The translations under genes were made by a program, and so were the position numbers. 64,000 nt of DNA, from positions 64,001 to 128,000 of the forward strand of contig JBBCAW010000008.1 of assembly GCA_051382295.1 (NCBI GenBank). Reading direction: 5' to 3'. Positions 8,962-19,463 of the stretch are shown here, piece after piece. The DNA comes from Bdellovibrionota bacterium FG-1 (GTDB lineage: Bacteria > Bdellovibrionota > UBA1018). Below the pieces are notes generated by a model. That model did no database searches. It had not been told where the DNA came from and saw nothing but the letters and a program-made list of their open reading frames with translations. The stretch's first letter is position 1; each line of letters begins with the position of its first letter.

Positions 8962-10290
8962 TTAATCAGTCACGCCGATCCAACATTTGAGGTAACGTCC
9001 TTCCGGAAACTCAGCCAAAACGGGATGATCAGGGGATTGCATTCCCCGCCCCACCCAACGCACATTCAGGTGATTTCGAAGTGCTGCCTTGGACAAGGTT
9101 CGTGCAAATTCTTCTTCTTCTAACAAGGCCGAACAAGAACAGCTCACCACCGAGCCACCTTTTCGAACAAGACGAAACGCTTGGGTATGAAGCTGCAAAT
9201 AGGCATGAGTTCCCGGACCCAAGTCTTTACGCCCCTTAATGAGTGCAGGAGGGTCTGAAATGACCAAATCAAAAGCGCCAGAAGGCAAAGATGCCAAATC
9301 TTTCAAAACATCGCCCCGTAGGGTTTCGCACTGGGAATCTTGCATTTCGATATTACGCTTTGCAAAGTAAAGCGCCTTTTCAGAGGCATCCACGGCTGTG
9401 ACATGAGACGCCAAACCCGACGCCCGAAATGCACTACTGAGTTGCGCACCCCATTGCCCCACGTAACAACAAAGATCCAAAATTCTAAGAGGCCGGCCCC
9501 CCCCTTCTGTCGCAGCGCGCGCTAACGGGTGACGTAACTTGAGTGCGGCCAGCTGAATGTTGGCAAACTGGTCTAGAAAGAAACCCGTCTTTTGCCCCCC
9601 CACTAGATCACAACCCAACTCGATCGCCCTCTCACCCCGACTATCAGTCCAAACCGAGGCCACCTGAATTTTGGCCTCACTTAAATCCATGCCAGGAATC
9701 GCCCGCACCAAAACGGGATCTTCGACCTCTAGACCCTCGAGTTTTCGCACTCCAACATCATTGCGCAAAACGAGCGCCGTTCGATTCCAGCGAGGTCCTC
9801 CAGACTGAGAGTCAGCATTTGTCATCCACTCAAGAGCTTCCCAAACTTTTGGGATCAAGCGCTGCGCACCGGCGGTATGAGCCTGAACGACATAAACCTG
9901 CGCTTGTTCCGCCAAGACGTAGCGATCAATCACAAGCCCAGGAATACGATCAGATTCACCAAAACACAGGCGATGGCTCCAACGAGAAATGCCACTCACC
10001 TCGCGGACGTGTTGAGCCGAATGCAAAGTCCGCAGAATACTTTCAACCGAGTCTGGCGCTGTCACGCCTGGATCACGCGAAAGGGCTCGAAATGCGATCA
10101 GAGAGGCAGCGTTCCCATACCCACGAGCCAAAAAGGCATCTTTGGCATCTCTGAGCTCAACGAGGGCCCCGGGCTCAACCCCTTTAGGGCTCGCTGCGAG
10201 CTCATTTGAATAAACCCAGGGGTGCCCCGATCGAAAACGACGATCAGCACCCGGACGAAGACGCCAAACAACAGAAGGAGACTGCGGCAT
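8962..10290 (-). CDS. RlmI-like class I SAM-dependent rRNA methyltransferase with PUA domain
   Basis: GHPWVYSNE, ESDRIPGLVIDRY, GQKTGFFLDQ, DPPA, HPVLAEFPEGRYLK. Confidence 0.88.
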   Translation of the reverse strand: MPQSPSVVWRLRPGADRRFRSGHPWVYSNELAASPKGVEPGALVELRDAKDAFLARGYGNAASLIAFRALSRDPGVTAPDSVESILRTLHSAQHVREVSGISRWSHRLCFGESDRIPGLVIDRYVLAEQAQVYVVQAHTAGAQRLIPKVWEALEWMTNADSQSGGPRWNRTALVLRNDVGVRKLEGLEVEDPVLVRAIPGMDLSEAKIQVASVWTDSRGERAIELGCDLVGGQKTGFFLDQFANIQLAALKLRHPLARAATEGGGRPLRILDLCCYVGQWGAQLSSAFRASGLASHVTAVDASEKALYFAKRNIEMQDSQCETLRGDVLKDLASLPSGAFDLVISDPPALIKGRKDLGPGTHAYLQLHTQAFRLVRKGGSVVSCSCSALLEEEEFARTLSKAALRNHLNVRWVGRGMQSPDHPVLAEFPEGRYLKCWIGVTD

Positions 10291-10370
10291 AGCGCCGCTA
10301 CATATAACTGAATGAAATTAAAAGCAAAAACAAAAACCAAGAATTCCACTCCGAAAAAATCTATGATTAC

Positions 10371-11918
10371 ATGAATCTGATGACCCCTCCCTCAAACTGG
10401 CCAGTGTTAAACTGGAAAGAAGCTGCCACCCTCGTCCAAACCATTCGCCCTCTGATCGAGGGCTTATTTGTCGACCGCATCGTTGTCGCCCAACGTCCTG
10501 AATTCCCTGACGGCTTTTTGCGAAATGAGTGGACTATCCGCCTCACAAGTCGCCAGGCGGAGTCAGCGTTGTTTTTTTGCCTCAGACCCCGCCATCCCTA
10601 TTTTGCTCTATGCCCTGCCAGAGGCCCCAAGGCCGCCCTCCAAGCAACACATTCCCCCTTTACCCTGAACCTTTCCAAGGCAATCAAAGGGGCGAAGATT
10701 TTAAAAATCGAGGCCATCTCTCAGGAGCGAATCATGGTCCTTTGGTTTTCTTCCGAAGGCCACTCTCCGGAAGTTGAAAAACTGGGGTTGGTCCTCTGCC
10801 TCATTCCTGCCATGCCCGAAGCCCTTCTTGTCCGAGCTCGAAGAGAGTCCCCAGAAAAATGGGAAATCTTAGCGCGCAGCCGCACCCTTTCGCCGTCCGC
10901 AGCTCAAAAGGCCTCTGCTTTTTTTAGCCCGCCCACGGGATCGCAAGCTCCTCCCAACCCGACAGTACGCGAGGAGCTCTTCCAAACACCCGGCACTTTT
11001 TTTCAAGTCATTGACAAACTCCTCACTCAAGAGGCGTTTGAACTCCGCCTCAAAACGGCTGAAAAGGAGCTTCGAGATCGCATCAAAGGGGCGACAGAAA
11101 GACTCAAACAAAGTCGCCTCGCCTTCCATGAGGCCACCCGAGAATCGGATTGGCTTCAGTACGGCGAAACTTTAAAAAACACCCTGCCTCATACTCCAGA
11201 ATGTTTGGAACAGGGGAGTAAACATTTTCGTCAAGTTCTGGATTTTGCGACAGGAGAAGAAATACAAATCCCCTGCGACCCTAGACTGGACGCTCGGGAA
11301 CAGGTCGAGCGATTTTTTTACTTAGCGAGACGCAAAAAACGTCGCATTGAAGAAGCACGCTCCCGCATCGATCAGTTTGAACAAAATATCCACAAATGGG
11401 AAACCGCCCTGACCCGCGCGCCCGGTCTGGGAGATTGGGCGAACCTTGAAAAGCTTGAGCGACAGGCCAATATTTTTATTCAAAAACCTGCGCCGGATGG
11501 AAAAAGCCCTCCGAGCGGCAAACGAAAACTCTCGAGCTGGATGGGTAAAACCTTCACCTCTGGGGATGGGCTGGTCATCCTAGCAGGACGGAGTAAGGAC
11601 GAAAACCTTGACCTCACTTTCAAACAAGCCAAGGGCAACGACATTTGGTTACATGTGCGAGGACGCCCGGGGGCTCATGTGGTGATCGTGCTTTCACCCG
11701 GCAAATCCCCCCCCCTCGAAACACTCTTGGATGCGGCCACGCTGGCCATTTACTACAGTGGAGGAGAACACTGGGGAAAAACCGAAGTGGATTACACCTT
11801 TAAAAAATACGTGCGCCGAATCAAGGACTCAACCGAAGCAAGTTATATCAATAACAAGACCTTGATCATCGAGCCCGACCCAAAACGAATCAAACGACTT
11901 TTGGATGCAGCTGAGTAA
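10371..11918 (+). CDS. NFACT family protein (RqcH/FbpA-like)
   Basis: N-terminal NFACT-N region with ERI motif; C-terminal GRSKDENLDLT, DIWLHVRGRPGAHVVI, EVDYT. Confidence 0.85.
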   Translation: MNLMTPPSNWPVLNWKEAATLVQTIRPLIEGLFVDRIVVAQRPEFPDGFLRNEWTIRLTSRQAESALFFCLRPRHPYFALCPARGPKAALQATHSPFTLNLSKAIKGAKILKIEAISQERIMVLWFSSEGHSPEVEKLGLVLCLIPAMPEALLVRARRESPEKWEILARSRTLSPSAAQKASAFFSPPTGSQAPPNPTVREELFQTPGTFFQVIDKLLTQEAFELRLKTAEKELRDRIKGATERLKQSRLAFHEATRESDWLQYGETLKNTLPHTPECLEQGSKHFRQVLDFATGEEIQIPCDPRLDAREQVERFFYLARRKKRRIEEARSRIDQFEQNIHKWETALTRAPGLGDWANLEKLERQANIFIQKPAPDGKSPPSGKRKLSSWMGKTFTSGDGLVILAGRSKDENLDLTFKQAKGNDIWLHVRGRPGAHVVIVLSPGKSPPLETLLDAATLAIYYSGGEHWGKTEVDYTFKKYVRRIKDSTEASYINNKTLIIEPDPKRIKRLLDAAE

Positions 11919-12201
11919 CAATTTCTTCTGCCGACTTCCCTACGCAGAGCACATCTTTTTGCTTTGAACTCTGACCCCGTAAGATCGCGATTTGGCTTGC
12001 CGGTATTCGAAGAGCCTTTTTCAAAAATCGGATCACTTCTTCGTTGGCTTCGCCATCCACGGGAGGCGCAGCGATCCGAATTTTCAGTCGCGGGGGCACC
12101 CCGTGCGGCCCCACCACTTCTGAACGTGAGGCTTTAGGCTGAATAAGGAGCATCAACACGATGCCTTTTTCAGTATTTTTAATCCATTCAGGAAGGGTCA
12201 T
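11890..12201 (-). CDS. DUF167/YggU family protein
   Basis: IQPKASRSEV...LKIRIAAPPVDGEANEE...GQSSKQK. Confidence 0.9.
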   Translation of the reverse strand: MTLPEWIKNTEKGIVLMLLIQPKASRSEVVGPHGVPPRLKIRIAAPPVDGEANEEVIRFLKKALRIPASQIAILRGQSSKQKDVLCVGKSAEEIVTQLHPKVV

Positions 12202-12212
12202 TCGTCCGATCC

Positions 12213-13604
12213 TTATTTTACAAAATGCTTGACGACATATTCCAAGGCTTCTTCTTTGGAATGAAGCTTATTCTCCAGAGACAAATCCTCGATAACACGA
12301 AGGATTTCTGAAAACCCTGGGCCAGGCTTAAGTCCCAGCTGAATCAAATCATCCCCTGCGAGCAACTTGAGAGTCTCCGAACCTTCTTTTTGAATTTCCT
12401 GCCACCTCGAACTACAGAATTCGAAAAAAGCCAAATTTCCGTCCGTCACCGTGGCTACGACCCGATGCAGCGCCAAAAGCTCATCAAAGCCTGACTGACG
12501 AATAAATCGTTGAAGCGTTGCCTCCCGCATCTTGAAGGCCTCTTTGAACTTCCCCTCTTCTTCAATCAAAAAGCACACCCGCTCAATCTCATGACGAGAC
12601 ATCTTCATGCGCTCGCAAATAGTCCGTGCCACGTCTGCGGCACCCGAACCACTTCTAGGCACCTCAAGCAAGACCGCCGCCCACGACAAGGAATCAGAAC
12701 GCTGAGGATACCGATGCGCAAGAACCTCTAAAACCCGCAAAGTTCGCCCCCAAGGTTGCTCCTGAGATGTCACCCCCTTGAGCGCCTCCACTTCTGGGAG
12801 CACCCAGCACAATAGCCCGAGTGTCGAGAGCGCCTGGAGCGCTTCCGATGGCCTCGGCCCATTCCAGATTAAAGTCAGCTCGGCATGCACCCTTTCCTCA
12901 CTGACCTTCACCAAAAGGCGGGCGCGCGCGGAGATGGCCTCCTGGGTATGAGGTTCGATCGTTAAACCCAAACAAGAACTAAAGCGAACAGCACGAAGCA
13001 AACGAAGGGCGTCTTCGCGAAAACGCACCGAGGGGTCTCCGATGGCGCGAATGACTCCCGCCCGCAAATCCTCAATGCCCCCAACAGTATCTAAAATCCG
13101 TGACATCTTTGGGTCAAAAAACATCGCGTTGATCGTAAAATCGCGGCGTTTTGCATCTTCTTCGGGACCTGAAAAGCGAACTCCCACCGGATGCCGGTGA
13201 TCCTGATAATCCAGATCCTCCCTAAAAGTCGCAATTTCTAAAAGGACCGGCGACCGATCCCCTTGGACCTGAACGGGCACTTTAATCACCCCAAAGGCTT
13301 TACCCACGGTTACCGCCTGCGGAAACAATCTGCAAATATCATCCGGATTGGCGCTGGTCGCGATGTCATGATCTTTGGATTCACGCCCCAATAAAAAATC
13401 ACGAACACTCCCCCCGACCACAAAAGCCACATAGCCCGCATCATTCAGGCGTTGAATCGCTTCTCTGACCCAAACCGGCAACGAAAAGGGGCGTTCAGTC
13501 CGGATCCACTTCAAGGGTTCGTCCATCGAGTTCGTACTTGCTTTTGAGGACAGTGTCGGCTTGGAAACGGTCTCGAGCTTCGGTACCTTCGGCTTCTTTT
13601 TCAC
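12213..13604 (-). CDS. cca: CCA tRNA nucleotidyltransferase
   Basis: VGGSVRD, DHDIAT, RRDFTINAM, FREDALRLLRAVRF; true start may be ATG 13526. Confidence 0.88.
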   Translation of the reverse strand: MKKKPKVPKLETVSKPTLSSKASTNSMDEPLKWIRTERPFSLPVWVREAIQRLNDAGYVAFVVGGSVRDFLLGRESKDHDIATSANPDDICRLFPQAVTVGKAFGVIKVPVQVQGDRSPVLLEIATFREDLDYQDHRHPVGVRFSGPEEDAKRRDFTINAMFFDPKMSRILDTVGGIEDLRAGVIRAIGDPSVRFREDALRLLRAVRFSSCLGLTIEPHTQEAISARARLLVKVSEERVHAELTLIWNGPRPSEALQALSTLGLLCWVLPEVEALKGVTSQEQPWGRTLRVLEVLAHRYPQRSDSLSWAAVLLEVPRSGSGAADVARTICERMKMSRHEIERVCFLIEEEGKFKEAFKMREATLQRFIRQSGFDELLALHRVVATVTDGNLAFFEFCSSRWQEIQKEGSETLKLLAGDDLIQLGLKPGPGFSEILRVIEDLSLENKLHSKEEALEYVVKHFVK

Positions 13605-13773
13605 GAGGGTGTTTGCCTTTCGATGGACGGCGTTTTGCCTGGGGGCCGCCCGGGGACGACTCAGTGATTTTGGGCGGACTCAAGTTAGCTCCGGACTCTT
13701 CGGCACACGCGCTAGCTTGGCAGATCATGGACACCATGATCAAAAAAATGAGCGTCACCGCTAAGCGTTTCAT
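13495..13773 (-). CDS. Small exported hypothetical protein
   Basis: Signal peptide MKRLAVTLIFLIMV...ACA; fills the gap between ftsK and cca. Confidence 0.55.
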   Translation of the reverse strand: MKRLAVTLIFLIMVSMICQASACAEESGANLSPPKITESSPGGPQAKRRPSKGKHPREKEAEGTEARDRFQADTVLKSKYELDGRTLEVDPD

Positions 13774-13796
13774 AAGCGGAAAGTACCAAATCGGTC

Positions 13797-16373
13797 TCAC
13801 CGAATCAACACCTGACGGGGCTTAGCGCCTTCCGCTGGGCCTACGATCCCCCGCCCCTCCATCGTCTCAATCATACGTGCCGCCCGATTGTAACCCACCT
13901 TCAAATGACGCTGCAAATAACTGGCAGACGCATGACCTGAGTGCTTGACAAGCTCAATGGCTTCCCGAAATAACTCATCATCCTCATTTTCACCAGAATC
14001 GCCGCTCCCCTCCGCTTCGTCGTCGTCGGTGGCTTGGAGAATTTCATCCCGATAAACAGGTTTGCCTTGTTCCTTCAAAAAGGTCGTAATCTTGCTAATT
14101 TCATCATCCGAGAGAAAGGCCCCATGAAGTCGAATACTGTGCGCCGCCCCTGGCGGAATAAATAGCATATCCCCTTGGCCTAAAAGACGTTCAGACCCTG
14201 GATGATCCAAAATCGTGCGTGAATCAATCTGAGACGCCAGACGAAAAGATACTCGGGATGGCAAATTTGCCTTGATCAGGCCGGTAACCACATCCGTCGA
14301 AGGACGCTGCGTAGCAATCACCAGATGAATTCCAGCGGCCCGAGCCTTTTGCGCAATTCGGGCAATCGAAACCTCCACTTCCTTCTTTGCTATCATCATC
14401 AAATCGGCAAGCTCATCGATAATGACGACCACATAGGGCAATTTCCCGACTCGCGGAATTCCGAACTCATCCAACTCAAAGGCCGCCTCCCAATCACACC
14501 CAATGCCCACAGGCCGAGCGGCCATCGCTCCCGCAAAATCCCCTGCACCATTAGCATCTGCGCTCTCGTCGTCCGCGCTGAGGACCTCTGAAATTTTCTC
14601 CGTTCCCAGTTCATCGACTTTCTGGTTGAAGGTCGCAAGATTTCTTGCTCCAACTTTAGCCAAAATTCGATAACGACGCTCCATCTCTTGCACCGCCCAC
14701 CGAAGCGCGGTGGCCGCGTGCTTCGGATCATCGACCACGGGGAGCAATAAATGGGGAATATGCTGATAAGCGCTAAACTCAATGAATTTGGGATCGATCA
14801 AAATCATCCGAAGCTCATCCGGAGTGTAACGAAATAGCATCGAACAGATCAAACCATTCATAAACACGGATTTTCCAGACCCGGTTTGCCCCGCCACCAG
14901 TAAATGGGGCATTTTTGCTAAATCCGAAAGATAGGGCGTGCCTCCGATATCCTTGCCCATCACAACGGGAAGCGAATATTTTTCATTGAAAAAATCCGCA
15001 TGCTGCAAGAATTCCTTCGTGTAAACGGTTTCGCGAACATCACTAGGAATTTCGATCCCAACGACTGATTTACCCGGAATCGGGGCCAGAATTCGAACGC
15101 TTTGGGCCGAAAGCGCCATCGATAAATCATTCACTAAGCTCGCGATTCGAGAAACCTTGACCCCTGCAGCTGGCTTAAACTCATACAAAGTGATCACCGG
15201 ACCAGGACGCACAGCGGTGATTTCGCCGTCAATTCCAAAATCCTTGAGCTTCTGAGTCAAAAGCTGCGCATTGGCCATGATTTTTGCCTTATCGATATTG
15301 CTTTCGATCTTGGGCGGATTCTTCAAAAAATCAATTGGGGGAACCTTCCATTGACGATTTTTAAAGTGCCGTTTCACCCGAGCTAATTTTTGCGCCACTT
15401 TATGCGCAATCGCTCCATCGATATTTCCGTGTCCATCGCGCTCAGCTTGCGCTGCCGCCCCCAAAGGCCCAAGAGCAGGATCCACATAGGGGGCTTCGGG
15501 AGGTATAATTTCTGGCATTTTAGCGTCAACCAGGTCCAGGACCGTCGGTTCTTGCGGCCCAATATAAAGCTCACGTTGAGAAGACACAGCCGGCTCCACG
15601 GTTGGGGCAGCATCGACTCTGAGATCTGTCTCAATTTCCTGAGCCGGCGCGGCCACCGCCTTGAACGAAGGCGCACGTTCCCGCGCTCGTCGAATTGCCC
15701 CTTGAATCAAGCGTTCGAGCAAGTCGCCCATCGCATGCGCCGCTCTCATCACGACCAGTCCGAGCAAATACAAAAGATAAGTCCCCACGACTCTCGTTAA
15801 ACGTGAACCAATCACAGCAAATGTGCGTAAGATATGAGCCCCCATCCGAGCCACACTGAGAGGTGTCGAAAGCACAAGGGCCAGACAAAATACCAGAAGT
15901 GAAACGATCGTGGAACCCAATGAGTTAAACTGATGACGCAACCCCTCCGCGACCCACGCCCCAAAAGCCCCCCCGGTCAAAAGCAAAGTCCCCGAATAGG
16001 GCCAATACTTCCACTGAAGCGTTAAAAACACGGTCACTGACATGACTGCCACTGTCATTCCGCCCAGGGTGCCGATCAATCGTGTCGAGCCCTCGCGCTT
16101 GTGGATGCTCACCGACATAAAGAAAAATGCGGCTGGAAGTAAAAATGCCCCCAGGCCAAAACCCTCTAAAAACAATGAAGAAAGATAGGCACCCACCCTG
16201 CCGCACGCGTTAACAGCTCCCCCACGCACATTGCTGAAAATCGAGGGATCACCCGGGTTATAGGTCGCCAAGGAAAAGAGGGCAAAGACACTCAGCGCAA
16301 ACACAAATAGACTCACAACTTCGATCAGAGGGTCTTTAACAAATTTTGCAGTGTTGACGCGTCTGTTTTCCAT
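13797..16373 (-). CDS. ftsK: DNA translocase FtsK
   Basis: N-terminal TM segments, PHLLVAGQTGSGKS, IIDELADLMM, ATQRPSTDV, gamma domain SASYLQRHLKVGYNRAAR. Confidence 0.97.
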   Translation of the reverse strand: MENRRVNTAKFVKDPLIEVVSLFVFALSVFALFSLATYNPGDPSIFSNVRGGAVNACGRVGAYLSSLFLEGFGLGAFLLPAAFFFMSVSIHKREGSTRLIGTLGGMTVAVMSVTVFLTLQWKYWPYSGTLLLTGGAFGAWVAEGLRHQFNSLGSTIVSLLVFCLALVLSTPLSVARMGAHILRTFAVIGSRLTRVVGTYLLYLLGLVVMRAAHAMGDLLERLIQGAIRRARERAPSFKAVAAPAQEIETDLRVDAAPTVEPAVSSQRELYIGPQEPTVLDLVDAKMPEIIPPEAPYVDPALGPLGAAAQAERDGHGNIDGAIAHKVAQKLARVKRHFKNRQWKVPPIDFLKNPPKIESNIDKAKIMANAQLLTQKLKDFGIDGEITAVRPGPVITLYEFKPAAGVKVSRIASLVNDLSMALSAQSVRILAPIPGKSVVGIEIPSDVRETVYTKEFLQHADFFNEKYSLPVVMGKDIGGTPYLSDLAKMPHLLVAGQTGSGKSVFMNGLICSMLFRYTPDELRMILIDPKFIEFSAYQHIPHLLLPVVDDPKHAATALRWAVQEMERRYRILAKVGARNLATFNQKVDELGTEKISEVLSADDESADANGAGDFAGAMAARPVGIGCDWEAAFELDEFGIPRVGKLPYVVVIIDELADLMMIAKKEVEVSIARIAQKARAAGIHLVIATQRPSTDVVTGLIKANLPSRVSFRLASQIDSRTILDHPGSERLLGQGDMLFIPPGAAHSIRLHGAFLSDDEISKITTFLKEQGKPVYRDEILQATDDDEAEGSGDSGENEDDELFREAIELVKHSGHASASYLQRHLKVGYNRAARMIETMEGRGIVGPAEGAKPRQVLIR

Positions 16374-16399
16374 ATACATATTATGGTACACGGTGAAGC
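16374..16399. promoter_or_regulatory. Back-to-back -10 elements for ftsK and the ROK gene (putative leaderless bidirectional promoter)
   Basis: Minus: CATAAT 6 nt before ATG 16373; plus: TGgTACACG 7 nt before ATG 16400. Confidence 0.45.
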
Positions 16400-17440
16400 A
16401 TGAGTCAGAAAGCATCCGACCGAAAATTCAGGAAAAAAAGCTCCACGAAACACCAGAAAAAGAGCGCCAAAAAAACGACTCCAGCGCCAAAACGTAGACG
16501 CTCGCCCAGCCTCGTACTTGCCTACGACCTAGGCGGCACCAAGGTCGCTGCAGGAATCGTCGACGACCATGGTAATGTACTTGAAGAAATCCGGCAGCCC
16601 GTGGTCATCGAAAAGGGCAAAAACGCGGTGATTCAGCAACTTGCTGATCTCGGACATGCACTCATCCAACGTCATCGTCACGTCACAAAAGTAGGAGTAG
16701 CCTCGGCGGGCCCCCTGGATCCACTGCGCGGCCTCCTTTTGGACCCCACTAACTTTTCAAGCCGCGAAGAAGGCACATGGGGAGTGACACCGTTGGCCGC
16801 GTTACTCAAGAAAAAGCTGGGCGTGCCCGTATTCCTTGAAAACGATGCTGCTGCCGCAATCTTGGCAGAACATTGGATTGGACGCGCCCAGGGCTACGAC
16901 AATGCGATGATTCTTACTCTTGGAACGGGCTTGGGTACTGGCATTATTTGTAATGGCGAACTCGTGCGGGCAGGCCATCATTTTCATCCCGAGGCCGGGC
17001 ATATCATTCTTAAGGTCAATGATCCCAGCGCCCCTTGTGGATGCGGTAATTTAGGATGTGCAGAAGCCTATCTTTCAGGCCGCAACTTCGGCAGGCGAGC
17101 GGCAGTTCGCTTAAAAAGGCCAGATCTTGATGCCAAGCAAGTCACGGAACTCGCCCGCATGGGGGACCGTAAAGCCCTCGAGGCCTTTGCTGAATATGCG
17201 GAAATGATGGCCATTGCCATTCAAAACTATGTCGTGATTTACTGCCCCGAAGTCATTGTCCTGACCGGAAGTTTTGCAGCCGCAAACGACCTTTTTCTGG
17301 AAGCAACCCAAAAGCATTTAGAACATCTCCTTGCGCGGCGCAGACAAGGAACAGATCTCATGCCTCAAATCGTGATTTCAGCACTCGACAATCAAGCTGG
17401 CCTAGTCGGGGGAGCCTACATCGCTTTTCATGCGCGCTAA
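16400..17440 (+). CDS. ROK family sugar kinase (glucokinase-like) with Lys-rich N-terminal tail
   Basis: DLGGTK, LENDA, LGTGLGTG, EAGH, CGCGNLGCAE. Confidence 0.92.
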   Translation: MSQKASDRKFRKKSSTKHQKKSAKKTTPAPKRRRSPSLVLAYDLGGTKVAAGIVDDHGNVLEEIRQPVVIEKGKNAVIQQLADLGHALIQRHRHVTKVGVASAGPLDPLRGLLLDPTNFSSREEGTWGVTPLAALLKKKLGVPVFLENDAAAAILAEHWIGRAQGYDNAMILTLGTGLGTGIICNGELVRAGHHFHPEAGHIILKVNDPSAPCGCGNLGCAEAYLSGRNFGRRAAVRLKRPDLDAKQVTELARMGDRKALEAFAEYAEMMAIAIQNYVVIYCPEVIVLTGSFAAANDLFLEATQKHLEHLLARRRQGTDLMPQIVISALDNQAGLVGGAYIAFHAR

Positions 17441-18054
17441 CTCAAAGCCCGGAAGCGATCGAGCAAGTTTTTGATCATTGAACCCGTCGCTCCCCAAATA
17501 CGGTACTCGTCGACCTGAAAGACCTGAATGGCATACTGTTTCCCCTCATAGGGGACAAACTCCACATGATGAGTCTGTTTACTGAGCAAAACCGCCCAAG
17601 AAATCCAGCGAGCTTCCGCGATTTCATCCGCATTCAATTTCAATTGAACATCCTCAATAGGGATTCTTGACCAACCTACCACAGGGGTCACCTCAAACCG
17701 CGTGATGGTCACCAGTGCTGGAAGCCTCCCTAGAACCGCAACATCAGCAGACAAGATCCCCAACTCCTCTTGTGTCTCTCGCAAAGCAGCCTTCACGGCA
17801 CCCTCGCCCCCCCCTAACTCGTCCGACTCACAAACGCCACCTGGAAACGCCATCTGCCCCTTGTGATTACCCACGGTTTCTGTCCGACGCGTAATCAATA
17901 TCCCCACGTCGCCCGAATTTTGGCGCCATCGCCCAAAAAGCAGGAGGACCGCGGCAGCACGTGTACTGATTAAAGGATGACGATCAGGATAGGGAAGATC
18001 GAGTTTAAGCGCCTCAGCCAGCTGTTGCCCGAACAGAACATCCATCCGATCCAT
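17437..18054 (-). CDS. Nudix CoA pyrophosphatase (NudL-like)
   Basis: AAVLL, HKGQMAFPGG, AALRETQEELG, IWGATG. Confidence 0.9.
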   Translation of the reverse strand: MDRMDVLFGQQLAEALKLDLPYPDRHPLISTRAAAVLLLFGRWRQNSGDVGILITRRTETVGNHKGQMAFPGGVCESDELGGGEGAVKAALRETQEELGILSADVAVLGRLPALVTITRFEVTPVVGWSRIPIEDVQLKLNADEIAEARWISWAVLLSKQTHHVEFVPYEGKQYAIQVFQVDEYRIWGATGSMIKNLLDRFRALS

Positions 18055-18058
18055 GATC

Positions 18059-19459
18059 CTATTTGCCTCGCAGGTCTATGCCGTAACGTTGCGCCTTTCG
18101 ATACAAAGTGGCGCGATCAATTCCCAATACCTCGGAGGCCTTAGATTTATTGAAACCCACTTCCTGCAAAATCCGCATAATGTGAGCCTTTTCCATATCC
18201 TCTAAAGAGGTCGCCCCTTGCGAACTCCCTCCTGCCCCATTTTCACTCAAAGGTATACCACTCGTACCGTAGCGAACAATCTCGGGTGAAAAATCCTCTG
18301 GAAAAAGCACAGAGGTATTGCTCATCGCTACAGCCCGTTCAATGGAATGCTCGAGTTCGCGAATATTGCCCGGCCACGGGTAAACCTCCAAAAGCCGAAA
18401 CGCCTCGTCTGAAACATGAGAAACACTTTTGCCATTCTTTTCGGCAAAACGTGCCAAAAAATGCCCTACTAAATCCTGAAGATCTTCCATTCTTTCGCGA
18501 AGAGGCGGTAGTTCGATCTGAATCACCTTGAGACGATAGTAAAGATCTTCTCTAAATTTTCCGGTCCGCACCATGAGCTCAAGGTCTCGATGGGTCGCCG
18601 CAATCACGCGCACATCGGCCTTTTTGGTTTCACTGGACCCTACCAATTTAAATTCACTTTCCTGAAGAACCCGAAGCAGCTTAATCTGAAGCCCTAACGA
18701 AATATCACCAATCTCATCCAAAAAAAGCGTGCCGCCGTTAGCCTCTTCAAAAAGGCCCCGCTTATCTGAAACCGCCCCTGTAAACGAACCCTTAACATGT
18801 CCAAAGAGTTCGCTCTCAAGTAGATTTTCTGCCAGCGCACCACAATTGACCGCGACAAACTTACGTCCCCGACGTGGACCATTGTCATGAATCGCGCGGG
18901 CCACCAATTCCTTTCCCGTCCCGCTTTCACCCATCACCAAAACCGTACTCGAAGACATCGCTGCACGCGCCAAAGTTTTGTAAACTTCAACAATCCGGGG
19001 AGAACTCCCAATAAGCCCCTTGGCCGCCACATCAAACTTGCCACTCACACTTGCATTTCCACGGTGCTTCCCGTGAGTGGACTCCCAATGTTTAGCCGCG
19101 CGGGCCACCACACTTTTGAGATGATCAATCTTAAAGGGTTTACTGATATAGTCGAAGGCCCCCTCCTGAATAGCCTCAATCGCCCCCTCCATACTACCAA
19201 AGCCAGTCATCAAGATAACCGCAGTAGCAGAATCTCGCCGCTTAGCCTCACGAAGCACGGCCATGCCATCCAGCTCAACCATTCGGATATCAGAAACAAT
19301 AATCGGAAAACCGCTCTGCCGAAGAACTCGCACCGCTTCTTCGCCGCTCGCGGCAAGTTGTACGGAGTAGCCTTCCCGCTCCAGCACTTCCTTAAGAAGT
19401 TTGCGAGTGACTTCATCATCATCCACGACAAGCATTGTTTGTATTAAAATCGAATTCAT
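18059..19459 (-). CDS. Sigma54-dependent response regulator (NtrC/AtoC/ZraR family)
   Basis: Receiver domain, [31 protein letters not shown], Fis HTH. Confidence 0.95.
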   Translation of the reverse strand: MNSILIQTMLVVDDDEVTRKLLKEVLEREGYSVQLAASGEEAVRVLRQSGFPIIVSDIRMVELDGMAVLREAKRRDSATAVILMTGFGSMEGAIEAIQEGAFDYISKPFKIDHLKSVVARAAKHWESTHGKHRGNASVSGKFDVAAKGLIGSSPRIVEVYKTLARAAMSSSTVLVMGESGTGKELVARAIHDNGPRRGRKFVAVNCGALAENLLESELFGHVKGSFTGAVSDKRGLFEEANGGTLFLDEIGDISLGLQIKLLRVLQESEFKLVGSSETKKADVRVIAATHRDLELMVRTGKFREDLYYRLKVIQIELPPLRERMEDLQDLVGHFLARFAEKNGKSVSHVSDEAFRLLEVYPWPGNIRELEHSIERAVAMSNTSVLFPEDFSPEIVRYGTSGIPLSENGAGGSSQGATSLEDMEKAHIMRILQEVGFNKSKASEVLGIDRATLYRKAQRYGIDLRGK

Positions 19460-19463
19460 GGTG

